Origin: Paraspadella gotoi
Taxonomy: Eukaryota; Animalia; Chaetognatha
DNA length: 64,000 nt
Assembly: GCA_051294375.1 (NCBI GenBank)
Contig: CM119268.1
Span: 13,477,437-13,541,436 of the forward strand
Direction: 5' to 3'
Part shown: positions 1 to 14,529 of the stretch, piece after piece
Position numbering within the stretch: the first letter of the stretch is position 1
Layout: each line of letters starts with the position of its first letter
Translations under genes and position numbers: made by a program
The notes under the pieces: model-generated
Told to the model about the DNA's origin: nothing
Databases searched by the model: none
The model's input: only the letters and a program-made list of their open reading frames with translations

Positions 1-16
1 AGGCGAAGAGTGTCAG

Positions 17-73
<57 letters not shown>

Positions 74-80
74 AAGAGAG

Positions 81-478
81 GCCGTCGGGGCCGCCAGGGA
101 TCTCCGGTGCCGCCGCCCGAACCGCGGGTGTTAGTTTTAAAGACCTTGCGGGGCCTAACTGTTCGTTCTGTTGTTAAAGGAAGAGGGGGGAGGCTCTTTT
201 GAAACTGTTCGGTGCTGAATCAGCGAGAAATTAAAACGGCGATTTTCCGAATGCTGTTTTTCTTGGCCGCCGCCTCGAAAAACTGAAAAAAATTCCATCA
301 CCGCGACAATGATCATAATATTATGTAGATATGGAGGAAAAAAAAAACAACATTTGGATGATCGAAAAATCATGATTAGTTTTTTCATCGGTTTTTCATT
401 CGTCACGATCCTGTCTATTCGCGAGGCTTTGTTTTTGTTTTTCCTTCTATTCCTTCCCGAGTTTGTTTTTTTTGTTTT
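81..478 (-). repeat. Inverted copy of ~1200-1594, preceded by a direct copy (1-~70) of the sequence starting at 1735
   Basis: gccgtcgggg..ccagggatctccggtgccgccgcccgaaccgcg (81-126) is the reverse complement of ~1548-1594, and the match continues with small indels to ~478/1200. aggcgaagagtgtcaga occurs at 1 and 1735. Confidence 0.9.
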
Positions 479-483
479 GTTTG

Positions 484-519
<36 letters not shown>

Positions 520-575
520 TATTATTATTATTATTAATTATTATTATTATTATTATTATTATTATTTATTATTAT
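484..575. repeat. (TAT)n microsatellite
   Basis: Direct reading. Confidence 0.95.
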
Positions 576-688
576 TTTAATAAGTAAATAATTTTTAAAA
601 AACAAGCAAAAGGTGAGAAGAAGATGACGAGTGCTGAAGAATTTTGTGGAAACTCGCAACTCGCATGAGTCAAAAGAGCGAGAGAGAG

Positions 689-768
<80 letters not shown>

Positions 769-1748
769 CACCAAAAGAGGCGCTAATCAGAAGTCAAAAT
801 CCGATTGTTCTAAAGTCGCCAGTCTTTCCTTTATTTCCGCTCTTGACCGAGGACGACGCCGACGACGACGACGACGACGACACGACGACGACGAACGAAG
901 AAGAATCACGACCACGACGACCACCATGATGACGACGACGAACGACGACGACAAGGTCGTGAGGACACATTTCGAAAAAGGATTAAAGGGGGATAATTTT
1001 GATGACATTTTTTTGTCGATTCGAAGTTGATTGCGGTTTTCCTTTAGATTCATGAGTCATCGCTGTGTAGTAGGAATCGAAAGGCAAAGAAAGCCATCTG
1101 AAAAAAAGAATGAGCTAAAAAAAAATAAATAAAATAAATAAATAAAATGGAAATGTCTGAAATGAAAAGTGAAAGGAAAAACCCGTCAAACTAGGCAAAA
1201 CAAAAACAAAAAAAAAATCGGGAAGGAATAGAAGGAAAACCAAAACAAAGCGTCGGGAATAGAGAGGATCGTGACGAATGAAAAACCGAGGAAAAATAAT
1301 CATGATTTTTCGATCATCCAAATGTTGTTTTTTTTTTTTCCTCCATATCTACATAATATTATGATCATTGTCGCGGTGATGTATTTTTTTTCAGTTTTTC
1401 GCGAGGCGGCGCCAAGAAAACAAGCAATTCGGAAATTCGCCGTTTTAATTTCTCGCTGATTCGGCACCGAAAGTTTTAAAAGAGCCCCCCCTCTTCCTTT
1501 AAACACAGAAACGAACAGTTAGCCCCGCAAGGTCTTTAAAACTAACACCGCGGTTCGGGCGGCGGCACCGGAGATCCCTGGCGCCCCCGACGGCGAGTGG
1601 CAACCCCCCGACGGCCCCCCGAAGAACCCGGAAGATATCTCCCCACTAAAAACGGAAGGAGACAAAACGTCCCCGAAGATGGGGCCGTCCCTGGGGGCTC
1701 CCGAGCCCGGAAGGGTTAAGGAATTTATTATTTTAGGCGAAGAGTGTC

Positions 1749-1840
<92 letters not shown>

Positions 1841-2691
1841 CGTAAAATTGCGGCCTCAGCAAATTTGCAACAAAAAATCGGCGAATAACTAATTGTAATG
1901 GAGAATGAATGGCCACTATAAAACGAGTAAAACATGGCGTAGACCATTAAATCGTCAGGTATACACGACTATTAAATTAGCAAAATTAACACGTAATATT
2001 ACGATTTACGAAAATGAAAAAAAAAATCGGAAAACTCCCAAGGAAGAACTTCCGAAGAAAAACCCGAAAGCACTTTCGTGACATAAAAGGCAATCTGAGG
2101 AATTTGACGAAAAGATTCGAGATTTCAAATGATTCGAATGAATTTTGGACGCGGTTTCTGAATTAAATTCGGAAATTACTCAAAGTATTAGAAATTTATT
2201 TAAAAATGTACAGTTTTAAAAATGAGCCGTGATTTGAAAAAAGTAAACGGGCAAAGAACCTCATGACTGGAATGGAAATTAAGAGAAAAACCGCAAAAAA
2301 AAAGGCGGAAACCAAAGGTGAAAGATCAAAAAAAGAAACAAGAAAAGAGAATTCGTATTAAATTTGAAGAAAAACAAAACCGCAAAATAAGGGAAAGTTG
2401 TTTTTGTTTCGTTTCGTTTTTTATTATTTGGTTTTCTGAAAAAGCAGTGATTACTTTTTCTCGTATTTCAGTCAAACGCGATAATTTTTATTATTTTTTA
2501 AGGTTTTTTCTTTGAATCTATAAATTCTTTAAAAATTGGCTGAATTTAAAGAGACACACAGACAAAAAAAAACCAAAGTCAATTCATTCAAATCACAAAA
2601 TTATAAACATATTTTCGTATTTTTTTTCGTCGTCATAGCAGCCGTTTGACGGGTCATGGACGATGGAATGGGAACGAATGAATAGGAGAAA

Positions 2692-2724
<33 letters not shown>

Positions 2725-2728
2725 AGAG

Positions 2729-2770
<42 letters not shown>

Positions 2771-3481
2771 CTTTTCAATGAAAAGCACTCTAGACAAAGA
2801 GCCATGACCTAGTCTAGTCACTCTTTAACATTCTTATATTTATAGACTAAATTATTATAAACTAAATATACTGTAATGGCATTTATAACAACACATGATA
2901 AATTGATAATTGAAAGATTAAACATCATTGACGAAGACAACGACGACGACGACGACGACAAACACATATCGTCGTTGATCCAAATGCGGGATGATCGAGG
3001 ATGATTTAAACAAGGACGTTCTTGTCGTCGTCGTCTTCGTCGTCGTCGTCGTCGTCATCATCATCGTCGTCAGCCCGGATTGGCCCTTTCGCGCTTCACG
3101 GCTCACATATTTGCAAAAAAAAGGGTCGAAAGACCAAATTTGTATTTTGACCTAAAAAATGGTTGGATTCCCGGCGGAGAATCGAGCGTCGAGGGTGAAG
3201 GAGACTGTGGATCGTGAAGATGTGAGGGTGTCAACAGATTGAAGGACGCAGTGATGATTTGAGTAATGAACGATTTGAAGTTGTGACTTGTGAGGGGTAG
3301 ATTCACAGAAACTGGTTATCATGAAACGAAAAGGTGTTTGTGAACTATAGCTTGGAAATTAATGAAAATGCTGTATGAATTTTTTTTTTTCCTCAATACA
3401 TGCAGAGAAAATGACAAAAAAAGACGACAACAAAAACGACAACGACGAAGAGGACACCAACTACGATAACGACGACAATGA

Positions 3482-3518
<37 letters not shown>

Positions 3519-3626
3519 TGCTCAGAGGTCGGCTTTGAAATATTCACGAGCCACTGCTGCGATTTTTCTTCGGCCATCGAAGAAAAAAAATGGAAGCGAA
3601 ACCCTTGAGAAATAATCTTCGGCGGA

Positions 3627-3990
3627 ATGAGTGGCATTTGGGCTCGAGGCTCTTTTGATGGCAAAGTGGCGTGGTGGCGTAGAGTGGCGTGGCGTGGCGT
3701 GGAATGGCGTGAGGTAAGTGGTGTGGAAGGAATGGAGTACGTTTTTGGCGAAAAGTGGTATGGAATCAATTTTTGGCGTAAAGGGGATAGAGTGACATTG
3801 TGGCGTGGCGGCTTTGGAGTAATTTGATGGCGTGGCGGAGATTGAGTGGCGTGTGGCAAAGATCGGTTGATACGTTTTGTGGCGGATTGGTAATGAATTT
3901 ACTTCGTGGCGTGACAAGGAATCAATTGCCAGGTAGGGGGAGAAATGGCAAAATAATGGCGTAAAATAAAACTAGTTTTGCGTGGCGGAG
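3627..3990. repeat. Degenerate (G)TGGCG-rich repeat cluster
   Basis: Many gtggcg/tggcgt/tggca motifs, with recurring ggaatcaatt (3762, 3918) and gtggcggag (3832, 3982). Confidence 0.6.
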
Positions 3991-6734
3991 AAGAAAGGCC
4001 TCGAGACGTGACCGTTATTACACGGCCTCGATTGCGACGACGTTGACGACGTAAGACTTCATACAACAACAACAACAACAACCAAAAAAAGAGTAGACGA
4101 CGATGACACTAAAAATACATCGATTGCAGTTTTTTGTGTGGAAAACAATGGTAAGTTTTCTTTTAATTAAAAAAAGGAAAGTTGACGCAAGCCCAGAGAG
4201 ATTTTGAATTTTTAAAGTCGCTTGAAACAAAAGTAAAAAGCGAACTGAAAAAAAAACGTCATCGAGGATAATAACGAGAATGACGACGACGACGACGAAC
4301 GACGACGACGACTTTAAATGCAGCTTTTCCTCTTTGTGATGCTGCGCATTCCTGCAAAGTACTTTTTTTTTTTTCTTAGAGAAAAGTCGATGAGGAGAAG
4401 GACGAAGGATTTCAAGACGACGATGAAAACGAAGTGAAAGATGACGAGAAAGAAAATGTTGGTGAGAAACGTCGTTTACGCGAAGTGACAATAAACGTTC
4501 CATAAACGCGATGAAGAGAGACTTTCGATGTTGTCGTCGTCGTCGTCGTTCGATGAAGAGAGAACTTAGAATGTTTGCGTCGTCGGTCGTTCGATGTTGT
4601 TGTCGTCGTCGTCGTTCGATGAGCCAGGACTTTTCCAATTGACGCAGTTTCTACTTTTTTCTATTTCTGTTGACAGGTTGTCCGTTATGAAGGACAGAAA
4701 ATAACGATGCTTTTTTTTTTTTCTAAAAAGAGAGAAAAATGAGGGAAATGAGGGAATAAAAGGAAAAAGGAAAATAGTGAGGGAAAAAAAAAGGAAGAGG
4801 AGGAAAAGGAAGAGTCGGAGGGTCAGAAAGTGTCTGTGTGGAAAAATATAATTTGTCAAATTTCCTAATTTAACAAAAATATTTTTTTCAGCTATTAAAA
4901 AAAAAGGAGAGGAAGAGTTGAGGATGAAGTTTTTTCGTAATGAAGATGACGAAGTGGACGAGAAGGGTGAAGAAGAACGAGACGAAAATGACGAACGACA
5001 ACGACGAGTCAAAGCGGATTACGTTGTCGAGGAAGAAGAAAACGATAGTCAAACAATTTTACGTCGGCGTCGCCGACTGTAAAAAAAGGAAGATCGTCAT
5101 CAATAGTATTCGAACTCCTTTTACTGAGTCGTTCCCAGAGACCGTATCACACAGCTTCTGAAAACTGCCAATAAAGTTTAAAGGTTTAAAAATCTTCATC
5201 TCCACTCAATCTCCTTGAGGAAAATCGTTTTCCGGGGGACTTAAAAATCGTAATGGAACTTTGCCCCCCCTCCTCCAACCAAAAAAAAAATGAGATAAGC
5301 ATCCGACAAATTCAATTAAGCGAAAAGAAAGATGGGAAGGCGGATGTCGGCACCTGCACGCCGGCCGGAAGACATCTGCTCGCAGAGATGCGTCTCGCGA
5401 GGCGTCGCGTGGATTCTTCTTTTTTTAAGCTTTAATGATTCGTATTTTGAATCGAGGGACGATGAGCGAAGATAAGGAAATTGAAAATTGAAAGATTCAA
5501 ACGAAAACTGAAATTGAATTAGAAGATCGAAAGAATAAAGACAAAGGAGGAAATGAGAAAAGGATATCGAAATAAGATAAGAATATGGATAAAAGAGAAG
5601 GAGACAAAAGAATTAAATAAAAAGGAAAACAGAAAAGAAAAATCGATTTCTCTAGAATTCGTTCTCGAAAACATTCGTCGCGACTTTGTGTTGTTTTTCG
5701 TCGCTAAGGAATCGATTCGTAAACAAAAGTCGACGAGAATCCGTGACTGATGAATTTTTGAGGCGTCGGAGACTGNNNNNNNNNNNNNNNNNNNNNNNNN
5801 ATAATAATAATAATAATAATTAATAATAATAATAATAATACTAATGTTTAGATAATTACAATCAAAACGAAAACAAGTCGACAACCACAAACATCGCCAC
5901 GACCTTTTTCTCCGTGTTCGTCGTCGTCTTCGTCGTCGTCGTCGTCATCTTCGTCGTCGTCGACGGCGTCACACTTGGTAAATCCATCGACGGACCTCCA
6001 ACCGCTTCTCTATCACTGTCGCCCAAGTCTTCTCTCCTCCTCCTCCTCCTCCTACTCCAATGTCGTTTCAATTACAAAAACTACTTCCTCATCTTTCGTC
6101 GACGTCTTCGCGTAAAAATACATTTTTTTTCCATCCCTCACTCCCTCTCCCTCCCTCCCCTCCCTCGCCCTCTCCCGATTCCTCCTCTTCCTCCTCATCC
6201 TCCCTTTTTCTCCTCCTCCTCATCTTCTCTTCCTCCTTCCTCCATCGTCTTTGTCTCAAGTGACGTGTTTCCAGCCCGCAGTTTTGTTTTTCTTCGTAAA
6301 AACATCAAAAAAAAAAAAAATCTTAAGATTTTAATCGAATGAAAACAAAAGCTTAAATGTAAATCATCTGTGTGGGCCTCGGTCCTCGGAATATATTTTC
6401 TCCGTTTTAAAACCCGACGTTGATTCCGCGTTTTGATTTTATTTTATTTTTATTTTTTTAATTTTTTTGGAAGATTATTTTCATAGTTGTTCGATTCCCC
6501 TCGTGAAATATTTTCATTCCCGTCTTTATCGGCCACAATTTCTCTCTTTCTCTTTCTCTGCTTCTCTCTCTTCTCTCTCTCTCTGCATCTGAAATTTAAA
6601 GTCAAACAAAAGCGATTCGCTCCGCTTTTCAAAATCTTTTGAGACGGTTATTAGCTTTCATGTAAAATTTAGCTGACCGATTTTGGATTCATCACGAAAC
6701 TACGATACTCAGTGAGCTGAGAGAGAGAGAAGAG

Positions 6735-6775
<41 letters not shown>

Positions 6776-7054
6776 GACTTTTGTCCATTTCTATGAAGTT
6801 GTGTCTCAGGTGGAAGCCTGGCAATGACTAATGTGTCTGTTTTTTTCTCTCTCTCTATCCCCGGCCCGTTACGACCATCTCTTTCTCTCTCTCTCTCTCT
6901 CTCTCGTCCCCGTGTCCCGCAGTGAACGGACGTAACCACTTACCATCCCTCCATCATTTCATTTCTACATCATTCTTCCACCTTTCTCTCCTTCTCTGCC
7001 TTTTTTTCCCATCTCTCCATCCCTCACTAGCTCTCTCTTTCCCCATCTCTCCAT

Positions 7055-7058
<4 letters not shown>

Positions 7059-7149
<91 letters not shown>
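7059..7149. repeat. (CT)n microsatellite, representative of many AG/CT tracts (e.g. 679-766, 1753-1838, 7669-7778, 8495-8553, 9205-9262, 31873-31950, 33420-33505, 33650-33745, 33905-34035, 39663-39711, 60804-60888)
   Basis: Direct reading; these tracts generate the RERERE/SLSLSL ORFs. Confidence 0.95.
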
Positions 7150-7151
<2 letters not shown>

Positions 7152-7664
7152 GATTCCAAGCACCATGTTTTTCGCCCATAACAACGTCGCTTCCTGCTGC
7201 GCGCCTCCTCATCGTCGAAGCAGCGAAGATAGAATTTAAACTGGAAAGCAACTGCAATTTTTTTTTTCTCTCTCTCTCTCTCTCCTTCTTTCTCTCCTTC
7301 CATCGCCGGGCCCCGGATTTCTTTATTCTCATTTACATAAACAAGTAACGATGCAAAAATAAACCAAGAGAGAGAAAAAAATTACGACGTCGGTGTTAAA
7401 ATAGAGAAAGTCGTTTCGTCGTGACGTTCATTGTTCTTTATAGTCGTCGTTTTAAAAGAATGAATTAATGCAAGATAAAAATTCCTCCACGAATGAAAAA
7501 TGTCTTCCGAGTCTACCGAGTCTACCGTGTGACAAAAAGACAACAACGCCGAGCGACGAGCTCAATCCAGATATTCCGCGACTATTTTTTCTCCGACGAG
7601 TTCGTTAGGCGTCATTAGGTTTTCCTTCCCAAGGTGATACGCGCTCATCAGTATTCCTCATCAT

Positions 7665-7782
<118 letters not shown>

Positions 7783-8494
7783 GCCGAATAGTTTTGCATC
7801 CGCAATACGTCCCCAACGACGCAAGGAAGCCTCCGCAGACGTTTGCACCTCGGTCACGCGGTCACGTAGTCTGGTTTTTGTTGTAGTTGTCGTAGTTGTT
7901 ATTTTCCGAGGCGAGCTTGCTCGAGAGCGCCTGCTGCTTCTCCTCTTTGACCTCGCACGAGCGCCGTTGGCTTGTGCAAAAATTTCGCTATTATCTTTCG
8001 TGGCTCTATGAATATAATTTCATCTCGGTCATTGGTTGACACTATGTTCTCTAAACCAGGGTTTTCGTTACATTTTTTTTTACCCAGTTATTAAACTCTA
8101 TTTTTATAAAGAATTTTGTCACCGCGTGGAACTAAAACATGAAAAGTTAACGACGCTTTCCACGATAATGCGATTAAACTTTCCACTGGCGACTTCCTTA
8201 GGATCATTCTTCGTCCGTCGCTCCTCAGGCTTTGCTACATTTTTATCCAATTTTATTTTTAATCATCCGTCAATTTCATCCAGGATAATCTTCTTCTTCT
8301 TCTTCTTCTTCTTCTTCATTAGTTTATATCGAATTCGTCTCTTCTTTATTAATGAACTTGAAATAGAACTCAAACTGACAAAAACGAATAAAAGGTCAGG
8401 ATTAGTGGTTCTCTCCTTATTTATCTCTCTGCAGTCTTTCGTCGATTAATCCAACTATCATTTCCCTTTTTTTTTGCCGTTATTACGTCACCTG

Positions 8495-8556
<62 letters not shown>

Positions 8557-9202
8557 ATATCTTGACGAAGCTGTCTGCTTGTCGCTAGACGGTTCTCTCG
8601 ATTTCTTTCTCTTCGTCTCTGTCTCTGTCTCTGTCTATCCCTCTCTGTCTCCCTTTCAAAAAGGGCCTCGGTATCGAAACGTGACAAGCAATCGTGTCAA
8701 AGGCGTCACCGGCTTTTTTCCGGCCCGCCAATTCCAGACGATTCCAGACGATGGCACCGAAACGCGTTCCGACTCAATTCACAAACTTTTTTTTTCCTCG
8801 GTGGAATTTCGCTGAGCGTTTAACCCGTTTCCCCCGCGCGTCGACGTCGAAGGCCTCACGAGAATTCCCATTTTCACAACCCTTTCACAACTGAAACCTC
8901 TGGTTAATCACTCGCGCACGATGCAGCTCGACCCGGAAAAAAGGCTTCCCGAGTGAGAGGAAGTCTCACATTTAGTTTTACCCTATCACTTCAGCATTAC
9001 GTGGCTGAATTAAAATTGAAACAGTACCTTACACATCAAATTCAAAAAAAAAAAAAAGAAAAGAAAAGAAATAAAAAAATATTCACTTCTCGTCGTTTTA
9101 ATCTGGCGACGGGATTGGAGTTTCTCCCCAACGGAAATGCAGAGTGAAACTTTGACCTTGGCAAACAAACAAAAACAGTCTCTTTCTCCCTTTATCGTTC
9201 CG

Positions 9203-9267
<65 letters not shown>

Positions 9268-9447
9268 AAAACTCGTTACCTCAATCGCATCGTCATCACA
9301 AGTTCAGCCTCACACATTTTTTTCCGGCTGAGATGAATTTTATGGTTGTAAAGTTCTGAGCTTCCGAAATTTCTTTCGTTTTCGCAGCGAAACGAGTTTT
9401 TTTCACGTTCGTGCAAACAGTCGTGTGACTGTGCGACCGATCTTTCA

Positions 9448-9490
9448 CCAAGCTTTCCAAGCTTTCCAAATTTTCCTAGCTTTCCAAGCA
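9448..9490. repeat. Short 9-bp tandem repeat (ccaagcttt) x~5
   Basis: ccaagctttccaagctttccaaattttcctagctttccaagc. Confidence 0.85.
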
Positions 9491-10606
9491 AAGAAAAAGG
9501 CCAGTCGCCAATTCAGCTACAATCGCAGCCGACTATACCGTGTCATCACCAAACGATTGGACGTCGCCGCCCGGGGAAGCGTTATTAATTAAAAGTGGCG
9601 CGAGATCGGAGCTTGAGGTCATTTGAATACCGGGTCACGTGTTCACTTTCCCCTCTTAACCGTTTTATTTAATTATATATTTCCACAAAATTTATTTATG
9701 AATAATGAATAGAAATAAATATTATTTTTAAATTAAGAATTAAAAGAAGCGTGGTAAAATTATTATTGAAAACAAAGACAACACCAACAACAACAACAAC
9801 ATTCTCGGGTTTCATTTTAGCCCAAATCATTTCATGGAAAAAAAAGAAAAAGATGTGAGAGTTACTTTAATCCATTCATCTTTTTCTCGCGACAAAATCT
9901 TTGCTTTCCAATTTACAATTCAGCGCCTTTCCTTCAGAGGTCGTTTTTCATTCATTCGTTCGTTCGCTGGTTCCTTGGTTCCTTCGCTTTTTCGTTCGCT
10001 GGTCCTTTCGTTTTCGCGTTAATTTTTGCGTTAACTTTTTTGTTTGTTTCCTTGTTGTTTTGTTCTGTTTCGATTTTTCTGTTTATTCTTTCATTATTTA
10101 TTTTTTATGTATATTTATCGATTTCTTTTTATCATTTGTACTAAATGGTAATTTAACCATCATGGTTCATTTATTAATTTCTTCGTTCTTCATTTTATAT
10201 TTTAAAATTTTAAATATGTAGAATCAACTTTATGGCGGATTTTCATGGATTTTCTCATTTTCACTATACGTAGTCATCTAGATTTGGTGCTTTAATCAAA
10301 AATCCACATTAATGCGGCCGCTCAAGAGTCGGTTTCTCCTCCTCACATAAACAACAGGGAATCCTCTTTAAGACCATGATTACCTCTATTCATTCATCGA
10401 TCGTTCATCTTCCGATTCATTGCCCATTCATTACCCCTCATAAAAAAAGGGTAAAAAAAAAAAATAGAATGGTCCGCGAAAATTGGAAGGTTGCGTGTCT
10501 TCCTCTTTGATATCGTGGAAGCAGCAGCGTACATTGGAAGTCGCCGTACTAGGTACTCGGCTTGATCCAGTGTGGGTTTTACACCGGGTGGAGAGAGCTC
10601 TGCTTT

Positions 10607-10640
<34 letters not shown>

Positions 10641-10665
10641 NNNNNNNNNNNNNNNNNNNNNNNNN
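10641..10665. other. Assembly gap of 25 N (others: 5776-5800 25 N, 62698-62799 102 N, 62915-62939 25 N)
   Basis: N runs counted directly. Confidence 0.99.
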
Positions 10666-10809
10666 AAAAGAGAGCGAATGAAACCCTTCCGTTATCCTTT
10701 ATGGCATATAATTTTTTTTTCATTTAGCAAATTTGCTTACCTATTGGTTTCAGAATCACGAAAAGAATTTAAAAAAAGATTACTAATTCATAACTAATGG
10801 CCACTGTAG

Positions 10810-13800
10810 ATGAAAACAAAGAATGAAGTTTCAGCGGCGATCGTCTTTTTAACCCTTTTTGCAACGTTGCGTTTTCCCGACAGTACCGGCAGCAACCTCG
10901 CTGCCTTTCATCGACCGACTTCAATCGTCTCCCGTTCAACGAGTGCAAAACGGATATCAAGTTCCGCGGAAGAGAATTTTGCCTCTTTTCGTTTTCATAG
11001 CGCGACGCGACCAACTCCGCGTCTTCCAACAGCCTCAAAAGGTGAGTATCTAATTTTGAAAGGACTTTCACTTACCGCTTACCCTGAAAATTTCAGACGC
11101 AATGGCTTAAATGGTAGTCAAAGATTTTTTTTTGCATATTTGAATCAAACCATGCTTTACGATTGTAAATATTTATCATTTTCCAAATATTTTGGTTTCA
11201 AAAAATGCAATTTAGTATAAGCATCGAAAAGAAGATATGTCGTCCCTTTGCAAGGCTTCTCCTCCCAGTTTCCTCACCCCTTCCTCCCTTACCCCGCATC
11301 CAAAATCGGCGCCTCACGGCCCTCCGTCGAAAGAACATCACCCCGAACTTAGCGGAGTTGGAGGCGACCTAACCGTCGCGTGCGGCGTACACGAGGCCGC
11401 ACGTCTTTTCACTCATCGCTTGGTGAGTCTCTCTTTACGTTCGCATCTGACTCGGCGTCTTTCACGAAACTTTGGAAAAAACGTCGTTATTTGTAAACTG
11501 AACCTATAATGCCGCGTTCCCCATCCGGCGCTACAGACGCCTTCCGCTCGACGGCTCGGCCTTAACCCTCTTCAGCCCCCACCCCCTCCGCCCTTCCCAC
11601 CCCCCCCGACCTGGAGTATGCTTCGACCGATCTCATACGAGTCTGCGATCTCGGCGACGGCGCATTCGGTCCCGTCTTCAAGGCGCTGGGCGCCGGCACA
11701 TGGGCGGGACCGGAGGCGGTGGGCGGCGGCGTCGCGGGCGCTGGCGGCGCTGCGACCCGGATGTCGAGTCAGAAGCTCGTCGTCATCGGCGGATCTGATC
11801 TCGAGTCCGGATCGGTGACGGCGCGGTGTGGCGTGGAGCCTGGTGGCGCGCACGCTCGCCGCCCCCGTCGTCGCCTCCTTTTCCCCACCCTCCTTCCGCA
11901 ATCTCCTTCTCCCATTTTCGCTACCGACGAAGAACAACTCGGTCGATAGTCGCCCGTCAAGACTCTTGCGCTCGGACGCGTCGGCCGGAAATGACGCAGA
12001 TTTCGAAGGCGTCAAGGTGGATGGGGAATGTTGTTGTCGCTTATGTTGTTGGTTAGCTTTGTTGTTATTATCATCAAACGGGAGGGAGACCTAGAGAGCG
12101 GACTTGGTTGGGCCTTGCGATGTGATTGGCTCCGTCTCGCGTTCACGAATCATCAGAAAAGTGGCGAAATCTACAGACCATGACTTTAACTTAGACTGAC
12201 CAAATGACCGACAGAAGATAAGAAGATCATAATTTGTAGTTGTGGTTTTAGATAACTGCAAGAGGTGTAGACGTTTAAATTATGTCCTTTCTTTCCAGTC
12301 CGCAGTCTCGTTGTCTTATTAATTAAAGCAATATTTCCATCACATCTTTCCTTACTCTCCTTTCATTCACTTTCTCGTGCCTTCCCTTCTTCCTTTACTC
12401 CGCTCCCCCTCACCCCCTCCCGCAGGCCGCCTCCTGCGCTCTCTCAAGCACCACAAGTGGTCTCCTCCTCGGCGTCTGCTTCGCCCGTCGTCCTTCTCGG
12501 CGCTCTTCGTCGAGTTCATTGGCTTTCGGAGATCTCGGCACTCAACTGCTCAGGCTGTGCGGGCGCCAAGGCGCTCCTTCACCGAGGCGGGGTAGGAAAA
12601 GATCGGGAGAGCGAAGAGACGCGGAAGGGAGGCTTGGCGGGTCGGAGATGGGGTCTCCTTGCTCCTGTCCTACGTCGCTGGCGGCTTCCCGGCGTCGATA
12701 AAAGGAGGAAGGACGGCTTGTACGAGTTTAAAGCGGGCGGTCTGCCTCGGCGAAACGCCAGGCGCATGCGGCGGCGCGCAGAAGAACGGGAAAGGCAACC
12801 GCTGCGGCCGCCTTTCTTCGAGGATTGGAAAGGACGTTCCCAAAATCGATCTCGTCGATCAACTCACTTTTTTGCAAACAAGATCGCCCGCCGCCTATGA
12901 TGTATTTGTCCGAGAGGTGGGGGAGAGTTGTGTTTATCCCGACGTGAGGCACATTTGCGTATGTACTAGCGATTAACCGTAAAATATCTCTGAGATGATT
13001 CTAGATGATTTGCTTTTATAAAATGTAGCAAACTCTTCGCTCTCTGACGGCAGAAACATTATACATGTGTGTACGAGTAGCTTCGCTCGTGAACCAACAA
13101 ATTTGGGTTCTTCTTCAAAAATCTTCGGACTTCTCTCAACCAATCTCCAACTCTCCACCTCCTCAGACGCCTGGTCGTCACCGCGGTACCTATGCGCAAC
13201 CCGCAACTTGCCATCGTCGACGCCATCTGTCGTCACAAACTCTCGCGACTTTCGGCTCTGCTCCCGGAGTCGAACCGCCCCCTCGCGGTCCCCGTCGCAG
13301 AGCCTCCTTCGCCTCCTTGCACTCGGCAGCCTCAGTGCGTCGAAGTAGGCGAGAGGAATTCCCGCCTCCGCCTCTTTCAATTATCTCTCACCGGGGTCGG
13401 TTTGCAGACGTTTAACTTTTAAGTCAGTTTAAATCAGTTTAAATTAAATTAAAAATAAGAAAATAAAAATTAAATTAAATTAAAAAAATAATTAAATTAA
13501 ATTAAATTTAAATTAATAATTAATCTTAGCAATTGTAAATATTTGTGATGCTTTAAACTGAATTAATATGCCTGATATCATAAAAATAATTATAGAGCAT
13601 CGGCCGGGAATCGACGAACCCGGGCGCCCGCGTGCAGGCGAGCATTCTACCACTGAACACCGATGCCTTGTTGTTTTCCTGCCACAATTTTGTTTATATT
13701 ATAGATATACATGAAGTTTAATCCTTATTCCATTTTCTAGGTCTTGCGCTCTGCGGTTTTTTGGCCCATGCAGATGGCTGCCCTTAGCGAAAGTATCGCC

Positions 13801-14529
13801 GAAGGGACACTTCACACAACTTGGTAAAACATAATAAGCAAACATATTGTTTTTTCTAGTATTTAGTATTGTTATTCTAGCAATTAGCATCTAAAAAAGT
13901 GGCATCAATTTTCTTAAAGACTTATTGATAGTAAAAATCTTTTTGAAAATAAATTCCCGCAGTTTTTTTTACACGATATTGAAAAAATGTTTATAATATA
14001 TTCTCAAGCGACCTGACATAATGGTCGTTCGGTGTCCTTCATGTGGGAAATCTTCTCTTCGGAACGAACGCCCTATCCAGATCTCAACTTAACAGCAGGT
14101 TTCTTCTTTCGTTTTGACTTTGTTATAAATATAACTTATATAATTACTCGTTTTAAACAGTGGTTTTTCCTTCTCAGGTTTTCGGCCTACAATAAAGTCG
14201 GGCAACATCTTGCGCGCGATCGCACGACACCCCGAGGGCCAAATTTACTCATTGATGGTTCAATGCTGGGAGAAAAGGTCCGGTACGTGAAGTTCGTAAA
14301 TATTGTTTTAAACTTTTTTAAAGTGGCATTATGCTTTTTAGTCCTTTTTTTTTTTTTTGAATGATCCAGGTCACGACGGCCAAATTTTCGCAAAAATCTT
14401 TGCAAGTTGTGTTTCCTTCAGTCAAGCCTGCTGCGTAACAAGAACTTGCCTCATTCGAGTCAACCTACATCAACGCATCGTGCCAACAATGTGCAACGCC
14501 ATCAACTTCTCCAAAAGTCATACCATTAA
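10810..14529 (+). pseudogene. Frameshifted mirror copy of the intracellular half of the MuSK-like gene (probably an assembly artefact)
   Basis: Corrupted copies of kinase exons, e.g. ggcgacggcgcattcggtcccgtcttcaag (GDGAFGPVFK, ~11653) and atgtgggaaatcttctc (MWEIFS, 14041), with many 1-3 nt indels. Confidence 0.75.
13597..13666 (-). pseudogene. Indel-damaged mirror copy of tRNA-Gly(GCC)
   Basis: gcatcggccgggaatcgacgaacccgggcgcccgcgtgcaggcgagcattctaccactgaacaccgatgc is the reverse complement of 27389-27459 with indels in the T-loop, anticodon region and D-arm region. Confidence 0.85.

Noticed and set aside
3627-3990. CRISPR-like array
   Set aside because: Eukaryotic context, only a 5-6 bp recurring motif, irregular spacing and no cas genes
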